A DNA stretch of 63,852 bases, filler included. It is 4 parts of 4 records of this genome, joined end to end, with 100 filler letters (N's around TTAATTAATTAA, not from the genome) between each part and the next. Parts side by side here need not be neighbours in the genome. Positions count along the whole stretch, not along the records: positions 1 to 18,763 come from DRR378314_1626; 3 more parts are not named here. One strand, 5' to 3'. This document shows, one piece after another, positions 1-10,427 of the stretch. Each line of letters starts with the position of its first letter. The stretch's first letter is position 1. The notes under the pieces were generated by a model, which saw only the letters and a list, made by a program, of their open reading frames with translations, did not search any database and had not been told where the DNA came from. The translations under genes and the position numbers were made by a program.

Positions 1-87
1 CAGCACCAGCATGACGTCGATGTAGGGCACCACGTTGATGTCGGCCATCGGCTTCTTGCGCAAACGGCGGCCGCGGATCGCACTCAT
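1..87 (-). CDS. tolR: TolR, N-terminal part (runs off the window start)
   Basis: Hand translation of the minus strand gives MSAIRGRRLRKKPMADINVVPYIDVMLVL, the TolR/ExbD INVVPYIDVMLVL motif; lies directly after tolQ. Confidence 0.93.
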   Translation of the reverse strand, partial: MSAIRGRRLRKKPMADINVVPYIDVMLVL

Positions 88-104
88 GGACGCACTCCCT
101 CGGC

Positions 105-794
105 TCATGCGTCGCGTCCGTGGGCCTGGCGGTGCAGCACCGAGGAGAACTCCTCGGCGAACAGTTCACAATCGCCCACCAGGGATTCGGACAAGGACGC
201 GTAGCGGTTGTAGGCCATCACCGCGGGGATCGCCGCGAACAGGCCCATGGCGGTGGCCACCAGCGCCTCGGCGATACCCGGCGCCACCACGCTCAGTGTC
301 GCCTGGGTCACGTTGGCCAGGGCGCGGAACGAATTCATGATGCCCCAGACGGTACCGAACAGGCCGATATAGGGGCTGGTGGAACCCACCGTGGCCAGGA
401 ATGGCAGATGCTTGGTGAGGCGGGATTCCTCGCGCTGCAGGGCCACGCGCATGGCGCGCTGGGCGCCTTCCATGATCGCTTCGGAGCCGCGCGTGCTCTT
501 GGACAGCCGCACGAACTCCTGGAAACCGGCGCGGAAAATCGCCTCGCTGGCGGAATCCGGGTTGGGCTTCTTGCGCACCTGGTTATAGAGACTGGAGAGG
601 TCCTCGCCGGACCAGAATTTCTCCTCGAAGGCATGATCGGCACGCCGCGCACGGCCCAGTACCCGAAAGCGGGACACGATCATGTACCAGGAAATCATCG
701 ATGCCAGCAGCAGAACCAGCATCACCAGCTGGACCACCGGCCCGGCGTTGGTGACCAGCGAGAGGATCGACATGCTGGACGAAGCGTCTTCCAT
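105..794 (-). CDS. tolQ: TolQ
   Basis: FLATVGSTSPYIGLFGTVWGIM and VAPGIAEALVATAMGLFAAIPAV motifs; ybgC-tolQ-tolR order. Confidence 0.97.
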   Translation of the reverse strand: MEDASSSMSILSLVTNAGPVVQLVMLVLLLASMISWYMIVSRFRVLGRARRADHAFEEKFWSGEDLSSLYNQVRKKPNPDSASEAIFRAGFQEFVRLSKSTRGSEAIMEGAQRAMRVALQREESRLTKHLPFLATVGSTSPYIGLFGTVWGIMNSFRALANVTQATLSVVAPGIAEALVATAMGLFAAIPAVMAYNRYASLSESLVGDCELFAEEFSSVLHRQAHGRDA

Positions 795-1229
795 TTACCC
801 CAACTCCTCGAATTCAGCCTTGAACTTGTCGTGGAGCGGCCCGGGCAAAGCCACCGGCTTGATGCCGTCGGCGCTGACACAGGCCACCTTGATAGTAGCT
901 TCGCACAACACTTCCTGGTCACGGGTGACACGCTGCGCGAACACCAGGGTGGCACGTTTAAGCGCCACCAGTCGGGCACTGACCCGCAAATCGTCGTCGA
1001 TCCGGCCGGGTTTGCGGTAGTTGATCTGAGCGGAATGCACCACGAACTGGAAGTTTTCCTCGGCCAGCGCATAGTGCTGGTAGCCCAGCGACCGCATGTA
1101 CTCAGTGCGCGCCCGCTCCATGAACTTCAGGTAGTTCACGTAGTAGACGATGCCACCGGCGTCAGTGTCTTCGATGTAGACGCGAACCGGTAGGACAAAT
1201 TCCGAACCTTGAGAAAATTTTTCACTCAT
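795..1229 (-). CDS. ybgC: Tol-Pal-associated acyl-CoA thioesterase YbgC
   Basis: [28 protein letters not shown] hot-dog motif; position before tolQ. Confidence 0.95.
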   Translation of the reverse strand: MSEKFSQGSEFVLPVRVYIEDTDAGGIVYYVNYLKFMERARTEYMRSLGYQHYALAEENFQFVVHSAQINYRKPGRIDDDLRVSARLVALKRATLVFAQRVTRDQEVLCEATIKVACVSADGIKPVALPGPLHDKFKAEFEELG

Positions 1230-2250
1230 TAAACAAATCCCCGTCCCGCGCGGGCTTGACCAGGCCGAAATGGCGCCAGGCGTGGTTGGTCACCTGGCGT
1301 CCCCGGGGGGTGCGCTGAATGAAGCCCTGCTGAATCAGGTAGGGCTCGACCACCTCTTCCAGGGTGCCGGCGTCCTCGTTGAGCGCGGCCGCCAGGGAAT
1401 CCAGCCCCACCGGCCCGCCGTCGAATTTGTGCATCATCATGTTGAGCAGGCGGCGGTCGGTGCCGTCCAGCCCCAGGCTGTCCACCTCCAGCATGTCCAG
1501 GGCGCTCTGCGCCACCGCGCCGGTGAGCCGGCCGTCGCCTTTCACCTGGGCGTAATCGCGCACGCGGCGCAGCAGCCGGTTGGCGATGCGCGGCGTGCCG
1601 CGGGCCCGGCGGGCCACTTCCCGGGCGCCCTCTTCATCGCCCGGGATCGCGAGGATCTCGCAGGATCGCGCTACGATACGCGCCAAATCGTCGACGTTAT
1701 AAAACTCCAGCCGCTGCACGATACCGAAGCGGTCACGCAGGGGCGCGGTGAGCAGGCCGGCGCGGGTGGTGGCGCCGACCAGGGTGAAGGGCGGCAGATC
1801 CAGCTTGATGGAGCGCGCCGCCGGCCCTTCGCCGATCATGATGTCGAGCTGGTAGTCCTCCATGGCCGGATAGAGGATCTCCTCGACCACCGGGGAAAGG
1901 CGGTGGATCTCGTCCACGAACAGCACATCGCCCTCCTCCAGGTTGGTGAGGATGGCGGCCAGATCGCCGGCCTTTTCCAGCACCGGCCCGGAGGTGGATT
2001 TCAGCTGTGAGCCCATTTCCCGGGCGATGATGTGCGCCAGAGTGGTCTTGCCGAGCCCCGGCGGGCCGAAAATCAGGGTGTGATCGAGCGCCTCGTCGCG
2101 GCCACGGGCGGCGTCGATGAAGATTTCCAGCCGCTCGCGCACTTTCGGCTGGCCGTTGTAGTCGGCCAGGCTGGCCGGGCGGATGGCCCGGTCCTGCTGC
2201 GCTTCGCCGGCGTCGGAAGGAAGCGGGGTGATCAAACGATCATTGTCCAT
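1222..2250 (-). CDS. ruvB: Holliday junction branch migration helicase RuvB
   Basis: Walker [41 protein letters not shown]. Confidence 0.98.
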   Translation of the reverse strand: MDNDRLITPLPSDAGEAQQDRAIRPASLADYNGQPKVRERLEIFIDAARGRDEALDHTLIFGPPGLGKTTLAHIIAREMGSQLKSTSGPVLEKAGDLAAILTNLEEGDVLFVDEIHRLSPVVEEILYPAMEDYQLDIMIGEGPAARSIKLDLPPFTLVGATTRAGLLTAPLRDRFGIVQRLEFYNVDDLARIVARSCEILAIPGDEEGAREVARRARGTPRIANRLLRRVRDYAQVKGDGRLTGAVAQSALDMLEVDSLGLDGTDRRLLNMMMHKFDGGPVGLDSLAAALNEDAGTLEEVVEPYLIQQGFIQRTPRGRQVTNHAWRHFGLVKPARDGDLFNE

Positions 2251-2256
2251 GGCGTT

Positions 2257-2865
2257 TTACCTTGCCAGAGTTCGCAGGGCACGGCGAATCAGCTCTTCAC
2301 TGCTGGGGTCGGCGCCGGCCTCTTCGGCGGCGCGGCCCACGGCGGCGGCGGCTTCCTTATTCCGGTAGCCGAGCGATTCCAGCGCGGCGATGGCGTCGGC
2401 GCGGCCGTCCGGCGGGCCGTCCAGGGGCCGCGGCCCGGGCCGCGCGGCCGGCGCGCCTTCCAGCTTGTCGAGCCGGTCGGACATCTCGATCACCAGCCGC
2501 TCGGCGGTTTTCTTGCCGATGCCCGGCACCTTCACCAGCGAAGTGGTGTCCTGGTCGCGGATGCAGGCGGCCAGCCGGTCGGCCTCGATGCCGGAGAGGA
2601 TCGCCAGCGCCATTTTCGGCCCCACGCCGTTCACCTTGATCAGGCTGCGGAACAGCTCGCGCTCGTAGCGGCCGGTGAAGCCGTACAGCAGCTGGGCGTC
2701 CTCGCGGACCACGAAATGGGTATAGAGCGTCAGCTCGGCGCCGCTTTCCGGCAGGTCGTAGAACACCGTCATCGGCGCTTCCACTTCATAGCCGACGCCG
2801 GCCACGTCCACCAGCAGCCGGGGCGGCTGCTTTTCCAACAGGGTGCCTCGTAATTGTCCGATCAT
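2257..2865 (-). CDS. ruvA: Holliday junction branch migration protein RuvA
   Basis: MIGQLRG start, [11 protein letters not shown], HhH motifs VNGVGPK and [11 protein letters not shown]. Confidence 0.97.
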   Translation of the reverse strand: MIGQLRGTLLEKQPPRLLVDVAGVGYEVEAPMTVFYDLPESGAELTLYTHFVVREDAQLLYGFTGRYERELFRSLIKVNGVGPKMALAILSGIEADRLAACIRDQDTTSLVKVPGIGKKTAERLVIEMSDRLDKLEGAPAARPGPRPLDGPPDGRADAIAALESLGYRNKEAAAAVGRAAEEAGADPSSEELIRRALRTLAR

Positions 2866-3380
2866 CGTATCCGTCTTCTTCGTACTGAGGTGGCGCCGCC
2901 CATGCGCGCCAGGGAAACACGGATGTGAGCATGACAGAGGGCGATCGCCAGCGCATCGGCGGCGTCTTCCTGGGGGCGCTTTTCCAGCCCCAGCAGGTGT
3001 TTGACCATCTCCGCCACCTGCACTTTTTCGGCGCCGCCGCGCCCCACCACCGCCTGCTTGACCTGGCGGGCGGAATACTCGAACACCGGCACGCCGCTCT
3101 GCACCACGGCGGTGAGCGCGGCGCCGCGCGCCTGGCCGAGTTTGAGGGCGGAATCCGGGTTGCGGGCCATGAACACCTTCTCGATGCTCACTTCCTCCGG
3201 CCTGTGGGCGCTCATCACCTCACAGAGGCCGGCAAAAATGGTGCCCAGCCGGGGCGCCATCTCGGCGCCGCTGGTGCTGATGGTGCCGAACGCCAGGGCC
3301 CGGCTGCGGTTACCGACCTGCTCGATCACCCCATAACCGGTGTGGCGGGAGCCCGGATCGATCCCCAAAAGAATGGTCAT
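2862..3380 (-). CDS. ruvC: Crossover junction endodeoxyribonuclease RuvC
   Basis: [35 protein letters not shown]. Confidence 0.97.
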   Translation of the reverse strand: MTILLGIDPGSRHTGYGVIEQVGNRSRALAFGTISTSGAEMAPRLGTIFAGLCEVMSAHRPEEVSIEKVFMARNPDSALKLGQARGAALTAVVQSGVPVFEYSARQVKQAVVGRGGAEKVQVAEMVKHLLGLEKRPQEDAADALAIALCHAHIRVSLARMGGATSVRRRRIR

Positions 3381-3413
3381 AGTGTGCTTCCAGGGCCAGA
3401 GTCGCGCCCATAT

Positions 3414-3442
3414 AAAAAAGGCAGGTTATATCTAACCTGCCT
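3414..3442 (-). terminator. Intrinsic-terminator-like hairpin between yebC and ruvC
   Basis: Minus strand AGGCAGGTTA-GATA-TAACCTGCCT followed by a T tract (perfect 10-bp stem). Confidence 0.7.
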
Positions 3443-3443
3443 G

Positions 3444-3459
3444 CTGTTCATATGTCCAG
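3444..3459. promoter_or_regulatory. Putative LexA (SOS) box upstream of ruvCAB
   Basis: CTGTTCATATGTCCAG fits CTG-N10-CAG with an AT-rich core; overlaps a minus-strand TATACT -10-like hexamer. Confidence 0.6.
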
Positions 3460-3476
3460 TATAAGAGAGACCGTTC

Positions 3477-4208
3477 TTATTCTTCCGGCCACCGGGCGTT
3501 GGTGTAGACGTTCTGCACGTCGTCGAGATCTTCCAGCAGGTCGATCATCTTGCCCACCGTCTCGGCGGTCTCGGCGTCGATCTCCGCCTCCGTGGAGGGG
3601 CTCATGGTCACTTCCGCGTCGGCCGGTTCCAGCCCGGCTTCCTTGAGCCCGTCGACCACTTCGCCGAAGCTCTTGTCCGGGCGGGTGATCACCAGGAAGC
3701 TGCCGTCCTCGTTCTCTTCCACGTCCTCGGCGCCGGCCTCCAGGGCCGCTTCCATCAGCTTCTCTTCTTCCACGCCCGGCTCGAAGAAGATCTCGCCGCG
3801 CTTGGTGAACAGAAACGCCACCGAGCCGCTGGTGCCCAGGTTGCCGCCAAATTTGGAGAAGGCATGGCGCACCTCGGACACGGTGCGGTTGACGTTGTCG
3901 GTCATGGTTTCCACCAGCACCGCCACGCCGTTCTTGCCGTAGCCCTCGTAGGTGATCTCCTCCATGTTGGCGCCGTCGTCATCGCCGGCGCCGCGCTTGA
4001 TCGCCCGGTCGATGGTGTCCTTGGTCATGTTGTTGCTGAGCGCCTTGTCGACGGCGGCGCGCAGGCGCGGGTTGTCGGCGATCTCCGGGCCGCCCATGCG
4101 GGCCGCCACGGTGATTTCACGAATCAGCTTGGTGAAGATCTTGCCCCGCTTGGCATCCTGGGCCGCCTTGCGGTGCTTAATATTGGCCCATTTACTGTGA
4201 CCCGCCAT
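3477..4208 (-). CDS. yebC: YebC/PmpR family protein
   Basis: [32 protein letters not shown]. Confidence 0.97.
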   Translation of the reverse strand: MAGHSKWANIKHRKAAQDAKRGKIFTKLIREITVAARMGGPEIADNPRLRAAVDKALSNNMTKDTIDRAIKRGAGDDDGANMEEITYEGYGKNGVAVLVETMTDNVNRTVSEVRHAFSKFGGNLGTSGSVAFLFTKRGEIFFEPGVEEEKLMEAALEAGAEDVEENEDGSFLVITRPDKSFGEVVDGLKEAGLEPADAEVTMSPSTEAEIDAETAETVGKMIDLLEDLDDVQNVYTNARWPEE

Positions 4209-4235
4209 GGTGTCTCCTAACCTGTCCGCGTTATC

Positions 4236-5999
4236 TCATTGCTCTTCTTTGCGTACCGCCACGCCCACTTCGCGCAGCTGCTGATTATCCACCGGCGACG
4301 GCGCGTTGGTCATCAGGCAGGCGGCGGTCTGGGTTTTCGGGAAGGCGATCACATCACGGATGGAATCGCCGCCGGTCATCAGCATCACCATCCGGTCGAG
4401 ACCGAACGCCAGGCCGCCGTGCGGCGGCGCGCCGTACTTGAGGCCGTCCAGCAGGAAGCCGAATTTCTCGTCCGCTTCCTGGTCGCTGATGCCCAGCGCC
4501 TCGAACACGCTGCGCTGCATGTCCGGGCGGTGAATACGGATCGAGCCGCCGCCCAGTTCGGTGCCGTTGAGCACCATGTCGTAGGCCCGGGACAGGGCGC
4601 CTTCCGGGTTGCTCTTAAGCTCCTCGGGATTGCACTTGGGCATGGTGAACGGATGGTGCAGCGCGTAGTAACGGCCGTCCTCTTCCTCGAACATGGGGAA
4701 GTCCACCACCCACAGCGGTGCCCAGTCGCCCTGCGCCAGGCCGCGCTCGTGGCCCACCTTGACGCGCAGCGCGCCGATCGCCTCGTTGACCACCTTGGCC
4801 TTGTCGGCGCCGAAGAAGATCAGGTCGCCGGTGGCCGCCTCGGTGCGCTTGAGGATGCCCTGGATGGCGTCCTCGGTGAGGAACTTGAGGATCGGCGACT
4901 GCAGCCCCTCGGCGCCGGCGTCCAGGTCGTTGACCTTGATATAGGCCAGGCCCTTGGCGCCGTAGATGCCCACGAACTTGGTGTACTCGTCGATCTCCTT
5001 GCGCGACAGGTCGCCGCCGCCGGGCACCTTCATGGCCACCACGCGGCCTTTCGGGTCCTTGGCCGGGCCGGCGAACACCTTGAACTCCACGCCGTCCATC
5101 AGATCGGCGATGTCGATCAGCTCCAGCGGCACGCGCAGGTCCGGCTTGTCGGAGCCGTAGCGGCGCATGGCCTCTTCATAGGTCATGCGCGGGAAGGCGG
5201 GCAGGTCCACGTCGAGCATGTCCTTGAACACGCTTTTCACCATCGACTCGGTGATCGCCATGATGTCGTCCTCCTCCACGAAGGACGCCTCCAGGTCGAT
5301 CTGGGTGAATTCCGGCTGACGGTCGGCGCGCAGGTCCTCGTCGCGGAAACACTTGGCGATCTGATAATAGCGGTCGAAGCCGGCCACCATCAGCAGCTGC
5401 TTGAACAGCTGCGGGGACTGCGGCAGGGCGAAGAAACTGCCCGGGTGGGTGCGGCTGGGCACCAGATAGTCGCGGGCGCCCTCCGGGGTGGCGCGGGTCA
5501 GGATCGGCGTTTCCACGTCCATGAACCCCTGGCCTTCCAGGTGGGCGCGCACCGCGTGGGTGAGCCGCGAGCGGAACTGGAAGCGCTTCAGGGCTTCCGG
5601 GCGGCGCAGGTCCAGGTAGCGGTACTTGAGCCGCACTTCCTCGCCGGCGGCGGAGTACTCGTCCAGCTCGAACGGCGGCGTCTGGGCTTCGTTGAGGATG
5701 GTCAGCGACAGGCCCAACACCTCGATGTCGCCGGTGTCCATGCGCGGGTTGCGCACCGACTCGTCGCGCAGGCGCACCCGGCCCTCAAGCTGCAGCACGT
5801 ATTCGCCGCGTACCTTGTCGGCCAGGGCAAAGGCCTCCTCGGTGTCCGGGTCGAACACCACCTGCACCAGGCCGGTGCGGTCGCGCAGGTCGAGGAAGAT
5901 CACCCCGCCGTGGTCGCGGCGGCGGTGAACCCAACCGCACAACCGCACTGTTTCCCCGTCGTGGGAGGCTCGCAAATCACCGCAATAATGGCTTCGCAT
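4236..5999 (-). CDS. aspS: Aspartate--tRNA ligase
   Basis: Start trimmed to [58 protein letters not shown]. Confidence 0.98.
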   Translation of the reverse strand: MRSHYCGDLRASHDGETVRLCGWVHRRRDHGGVIFLDLRDRTGLVQVVFDPDTEEAFALADKVRGEYVLQLEGRVRLRDESVRNPRMDTGDIEVLGLSLTILNEAQTPPFELDEYSAAGEEVRLKYRYLDLRRPEALKRFQFRSRLTHAVRAHLEGQGFMDVETPILTRATPEGARDYLVPSRTHPGSFFALPQSPQLFKQLLMVAGFDRYYQIAKCFRDEDLRADRQPEFTQIDLEASFVEEDDIMAITESMVKSVFKDMLDVDLPAFPRMTYEEAMRRYGSDKPDLRVPLELIDIADLMDGVEFKVFAGPAKDPKGRVVAMKVPGGGDLSRKEIDEYTKFVGIYGAKGLAYIKVNDLDAGAEGLQSPILKFLTEDAIQGILKRTEAATGDLIFFGADKAKVVNEAIGALRVKVGHERGLAQGDWAPLWVVDFPMFEEEDGRYYALHHPFTMPKCNPEELKSNPEGALSRAYDMVLNGTELGGGSIRIHRPDMQRSVFEALGISDQEADEKFGFLLDGLKYGAPPHGGLAFGLDRMVMLMTGGDSIRDVIAFPKTQTAACLMTNAPSPVDNQQLREVGVAVRKEEQ

Positions 6000-6168
6000 G
6001 TGTTCTGTCCGTTCCTGAATCCGATGAAGCCGCCGTCGGGACGGCCTGGGTGGCTGAAAAGGCGGCCTAGTATAGCGATTCGGGGTTGGGCCTGCTAACC
6101 CTTGCCGGCCTGACCGCCGAGAACGTCGATTCGATGCCGAAACACACAAAAAATAGGGGCTGCACGCC

Positions 6169-6197
6169 TTGTACCGCGCATATCCATGGCATATAAC
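6169..6197 (+). promoter_or_regulatory. Putative sigma70 promoter of the HU gene
   Basis: TTGTAC-17 nt-TATAAC, about 110 nt upstream of the ATG. Confidence 0.5.
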
Positions 6198-6310
6198 TGG
6201 ATGCGCACTGTATCAGTCGTGCCTCTGAGGCCGCAGTACAGGGGTGCCCTGACAGGGACACGCAGTTTCTTTATTCCAGGAAGTCACCAACAAAAGGGGT
6301 AAGCAATCCT

Positions 6311-6685
6311 ATGGCTGCAAAGAAAAAAGCGGCAAAGAAGGCCGCCACGGCAACCACCACGCGTCGGGTGAAGGCCATCGCCGATCCGATGACCAAATCC
6401 CAAATCATCGCTCAGATCAGCGATTCCACCGGCCTCACCAAGAAAGACGTGAACAGCGTTTTCGATGAGCTGACCGATATCATGGAAGGTCATCTGAAGA
6501 AGCGCGGCGCCGGCCAGTTCACCCTTCCTGGTCTGTTCAAGGCAGTGACCCAGAAGAAGCCGGCCACCAAGGCTCGCAAGGGCATCAACCCGTTCACTGG
6601 CCAGGAAACCACCTTCGCCGCCAAACCCGCTCGCACCGTGGTCAAAGTACGGCCACTGAAAAAGCTCAAGGACATGGCTCAGTAA
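6311..6685 (+). CDS. HU-family DNA-binding protein with Lys/Ala-rich N-terminal tail
   Basis: MTKSQII, FTLPGLFK, ARKGINPFTGQE, AKPARTVVKVRP; HU/IHF fold signature. Confidence 0.9.
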   Translation: MAAKKKAAKKAATATTTRRVKAIADPMTKSQIIAQISDSTGLTKKDVNSVFDELTDIMEGHLKKRGAGQFTLPGLFKAVTQKKPATKARKGINPFTGQETTFAAKPARTVVKVRPLKKLKDMAQ

Positions 6686-6861
6686 GTCCGCGTCCCGCCC
6701 TCCGGGCCGGCGCGGTCGCCGGTCCGGAGCGTCCCCGCCCCCCTGTTCACGCCGCTCCTCGCCCCCCGGGGCTTTAGACCCTATAATCCCCGCCCCTGGA
6801 AACCCGGCCGGTGACGCCGAGCCGCGCGCGCCGCGCAAGCAGACAACGTCAGAGGTGGTGA

Positions 6862-7155
6862 ATGGCAGAGCGCAAAGACAAAAAGAAGGTGGTCGGCGAG
6901 CCGATGACCGACGAACAGATCAAGGTGTTCCTGGACTTCCCGCCGGAGGAAGGCGAGAACCCGGACTTCCACGTCCTGCTCAAGGCCTACCGCGCCCTGC
7001 GCGCGGAGGATTTCGAACGCTTCGTGGCGTTCTTCCAGGCACAGAACCGCGATATCCGCGCCACCGACGACCGGGGGCGCACGCTGCTGGATATCGTCCG
7101 CGGCCACGGTAAAAGCGAACCCTTCGTCGCCATCCTGGAAAAAGCCGGCGGCTGA
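6862..7155 (+). CDS. Small conserved protein (PA4642-like)
   Basis: RKDKKKVVGEPMTDEQIKVFL...DFHVLLKAYRALR; GAGG RBS; family recalled from memory. Confidence 0.7.
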   Translation: MAERKDKKKVVGEPMTDEQIKVFLDFPPEEGENPDFHVLLKAYRALRAEDFERFVAFFQAQNRDIRATDDRGRTLLDIVRGHGKSEPFVAILEKAGG

Positions 7156-7298
7156 CTGACCGTAGAGCCGCCCACCCCCGGCTGGTGAATTCTTGTTCGA
7201 CCCGCTCTTCCCATGGCAAGGTTCGGCTTCCTTTTTGGTTTGCCCGAGCCATGCCGGCCCTGCCGGCGACGTCCAGATAAAAAAAGAAGAGCATCGTC

Positions 7299-8543
7299 AT
7301 GAAAGTGGAATTTCACCGAGGCCGCGCGGGATGGCGCTGGCCCCTGCTGATCGTATTGTGCCTGACCAGCCTGGGACTGCAGGCCCAGAAAACCCCGGAT
7401 ATCGACCCGGCCCTGCTGATCGACGAGGAAGAGCAGGTCACCCAGGAAGAGCTGGAGATGGAGAACATCCCGGTCGATGAGCGCATCTTCATCGAGCCCT
7501 GGAACGAGGTCCCCTACAACCGCGCCTACTTCACTTACACCGACGCCGAAATCCGCGAAAAATGGGACTACCTGATGCGCGGCCTGCGCATGCCCTACCC
7601 GTCCGCGGACTACCTGCGCCGGCAATTTGAAAAGTACCCCTTCCTGCGCGACGGCCTGGAGGATTTCGACGGCGACTTCCAGAAGCTGGAAGGCCGCTAC
7701 GTCAACGTCTGGCGCCACTTCTTCGCCGGCAACTTCCAGACCGCCCGCCGCCTGGGCCTGGAACTGGGCCCCATCGGCGAGATCCCGGCGCTGTTCTCGC
7801 AGCTGCTTTACGCCATCTATCTGGCCGACCGGCAAAGCGTCAAATACATGATGCTGCAGGACATGGCCAACCGCACCGAGCGCTACTTCGACCTGATGGA
7901 GCCCGCCGAGGACGACCCGGAAATGGAGCCGGTGGTGGCCGTGGTGCGCCTCGGTTACGCCTACGCCATCGCCCGCATCGCCGAGGAATCGCCGGTGCCG
8001 ATCATTGTCGCCCGCCGCTATATCAGCAAGATCAAGAACAACGCGGAACGGGTCCTGGAGATCATGCCCGACCACCCGCTCGGCCACGCCTTCCTGGCCG
8101 GCGTGGACGCCGGCATCATGCGCCGGGTGGGCAAATTCACCGGCCGCATGACCTACGGCGCGCGCACCACCACGGTCCAGGACTCCTTCGACGAGGCGCT
8201 GACGCTGGCCCCGGACATTCCCATCGTCCACTACGAGTACGCCAACGCGCTGATCTACATGAACCGCAAGCGGGACCTCAACGAGGCGATCAGCCACCTG
8301 GAGACCGCCATGCAGCTCAAGCCGCAGTTCTCCATGGACGCGCTGGATGTGATGTACTCTTACCAGCGGCTGCGCGAAGTGCGCCTGTACGCGCTCAACT
8401 TCCGCAGCTTCCGGCTGTTCGAGAAGGCCCGGCGCACCTTCAGCAAGCACACCGACCGCAACCTGACCAGCGTGATCTCCGGGCCCCTGACCACCGACAT
8501 GCTGGAAAACCCGGACGACTACGTACTGCCCGAGCGGCAATAG
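7299..8543 (+). CDS. Exported hypothetical protein, helical/TPR-like
   Basis: 414-aa ORF with GC3-rich codons; signal-peptide-like WPLLIVLCLTSLGLQA; TPR-like FDEALTLAPDIPIVHYEYANAL. Confidence 0.75.
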   Translation: MKVEFHRGRAGWRWPLLIVLCLTSLGLQAQKTPDIDPALLIDEEEQVTQEELEMENIPVDERIFIEPWNEVPYNRAYFTYTDAEIREKWDYLMRGLRMPYPSADYLRRQFEKYPFLRDGLEDFDGDFQKLEGRYVNVWRHFFAGNFQTARRLGLELGPIGEIPALFSQLLYAIYLADRQSVKYMMLQDMANRTERYFDLMEPAEDDPEMEPVVAVVRLGYAYAIARIAEESPVPIIVARRYISKIKNNAERVLEIMPDHPLGHAFLAGVDAGIMRRVGKFTGRMTYGARTTTVQDSFDEALTLAPDIPIVHYEYANALIYMNRKRDLNEAISHLETAMQLKPQFSMDALDVMYSYQRLREVRLYALNFRSFRLFEKARRTFSKHTDRNLTSVISGPLTTDMLENPDDYVLPERQ

Positions 8544-8563
8544 CCGCCACAACAAGGAGCCCC

Positions 8564-9184
8564 ATGCGCTGGTACCAGGACCGTCTGTTTCCGAAACTGC
8601 TGGACTGGGCCACCCGTCCGCTTTATCGCGACCGCCAGCGCCTGCTGCAAGGCGCCCGCGGCCGCGTGCTGGAGCTGGGCATCGGCACCGGCGCCAATCT
8701 CGCCCTCTACGGCGACGCCGTCAGCGAGATCCACGGCCTGGAGCCGGAGGCGGCGATGCTGGCGCTGGCCCGCCGCCACGCGCGGGAAGCCGGCGTCCGC
8801 CAACCGCTGCACCTGCTGCAGGGCGACGCCCGCCGGCTGCCCTACCCGGACGGCCACTTCGACACCGTGGTCGCCTGCCTGGTGTTCTGCACCATTCCAG
8901 AGCCCGAGCTGGCCGCCCGCGAAATGCACCGGGTGCTGGCCCCGGGCGGGCGTCTTCTGTTGCTGGAACACATCGCCAGCGGTCGCCCACGCACCTTCCG
9001 CTGGCAACGGCGGGTGGACCCGCTCTGGCATCATCTGGCCTGCGGCTGTCATCTCACCCGCCCCACCCCGGATACCCTGCGCGACGCCGGCTTCGACCTC
9101 AGCGACACGCGGGTTTTCCGGCACCGCAAACTGCCCGGGCTGATGGCCGAGCTGCTGCAAGGCAGCGCCCGGCGCGCCGACTGA
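8564..9184 (+). CDS. Class I SAM-dependent methyltransferase
   Basis: VLELGIGTG motif I, GDARRLPYPDGHFDTVV, RVLAPGG; AGGAG RBS. Confidence 0.9.
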   Translation: MRWYQDRLFPKLLDWATRPLYRDRQRLLQGARGRVLELGIGTGANLALYGDAVSEIHGLEPEAAMLALARRHAREAGVRQPLHLLQGDARRLPYPDGHFDTVVACLVFCTIPEPELAAREMHRVLAPGGRLLLLEHIASGRPRTFRWQRRVDPLWHHLACGCHLTRPTPDTLRDAGFDLSDTRVFRHRKLPGLMAELLQGSARRAD

Positions 9185-9242
9185 CCGGCGCGGCAAAACG
9201 CCACCTGCCGTTCCCCGCCCACCGGGGGTACAATCCGCGCCC

Positions 9243-10427
9243 ATGAACTCAACCCTGCAACGCGTCTGGCGCCGCCGGCTGATCGGCCTGCGCAGCCTGC
9301 TGGTACTGTGCCTGGCGCTGGCCCTGCTGGTGCTGCAGCAAATCGCGCGCGCCCCCGCCAGCCTGGAGCCGCTGCTGTGGCTGGCGGCGCTGCTGCTGCC
9401 CAACCTGATCGCCCTGGCCAGCCTCAATACCCGCCGGCAGCAGCGCCTGCTGGCCCTGGAACTGACCCTGGACGTGGTGATCTTCGTCGGCCTGCTGCAG
9501 CAACTGGGCGGCGCCGGTAACCCGTTGTCGTTCTATCTGCTGGTGCCGCTGCTGCTCGGCGCCCTGACCCTGGGGCGCGGCGCCGCGCTCTGGCTGCTGG
9601 TGGTGACGCTGGGTGGATACCTGCTCGCCACCCTGTGGCACAGCGCCCCGCCGGCGCATTCCACCCTGCACGCCCTGACCCGGGAGCTGAGCCACACCCA
9701 CGGTCTCGGCATGGGCGTGGTCTTTGTCGCCCTGGCGCTGTTGCTGACCGCCCTGGGCCAGGTGATCCAGAGCCTGGCCCGCCAGCAACAGCGTCAGCAC
9801 GACCGGCTGCTGGAGCTGGCCGGCCGCCGTGAACGGCTCTACCAGGTGGCGGCGACCCTGGCCCATCAGGCCCACGAACTGAACACGCCGCTCAGCAGCC
9901 TGGTAATGCTGGCCGACAACGCCGCCCGGGAACCGGGCCTGCCGCAAAGCACCCGCGACGATCTGGCGCAGATCGAGGCCCTGGCCCGGCGTGTCGCCGC
10001 CAGGCTGCGCAACGCGGACGCGGACAGCCTGCCGGAGCGGCCCGCCTACCGGACGCTGATGGGACGGGTGCGGGATCATCTGCGCCACCTGCACCCGACG
10101 CTGGCCCTGTCGGTGAGCGGCCCCGAAGGGCAGTGTTTCAATGACGGCGCGGCCTGGTTCCGGGTGCTGGCCAATCTCGGTTACAACGCCATCGACGCCG
10201 GCGCGGAACGCCTCGACGTGCGCCTGGCGGCGCTGCCCGGCGGCCGCTGGCTGCTGCAGGTGAGCGACGACGGCCCCGACCACCCGGAACGCCGCGCGGA
10301 AGAGGGCCTGGGCGTGGGCCTGGCGCTGGTGGAAAGCACCTTGGCGGCACTGGGCGCGACTCTGACCCTGCGTTTCGAGCGCCAGTGGAGCCAGGCGCGC
10401 ATCGAATGGAGCGAGCATGACGCCTGA
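9243..10427 (+). CDS. RegB/PrrB-like membrane sensor histidine kinase
   Basis: Multiple TM helices, GGAGNPL (RegB GGxxNPF-like), H-box AHELNTPL, N-box NAIDA, DDGP, GLGVGL. Confidence 0.85.
   Translation: MNSTLQRVWRRRLIGLRSLLVLCLALALLVLQQIARAPASLEPLLWLAALLLPNLIALASLNTRRQQRLLALELTLDVVIFVGLLQQLGGAGNPLSFYLLVPLLLGALTLGRGAALWLLVVTLGGYLLATLWHSAPPAHSTLHALTRELSHTHGLGMGVVFVALALLLTALGQVIQSLARQQQRQHDRLLELAGRRERLYQVAATLAHQAHELNTPLSSLVMLADNAAREPGLPQSTRDDLAQIEALARRVAARLRNADADSLPERPAYRTLMGRVRDHLRHLHPTLALSVSGPEGQCFNDGAAWFRVLANLGYNAIDAGAERLDVRLAALPGGRWLLQVSDDGPDHPERRAEEGLGVGLALVESTLAALGATLTLRFERQWSQARIEWSEHDA

Noticed and set aside
4239-6098. Long antisense ORFs (also 6987-8555, 16440-18605, 46644-47954 and others)
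   Set aside because: These are shadow ORFs produced by high GC3 codon bias opposite well-identified genes.
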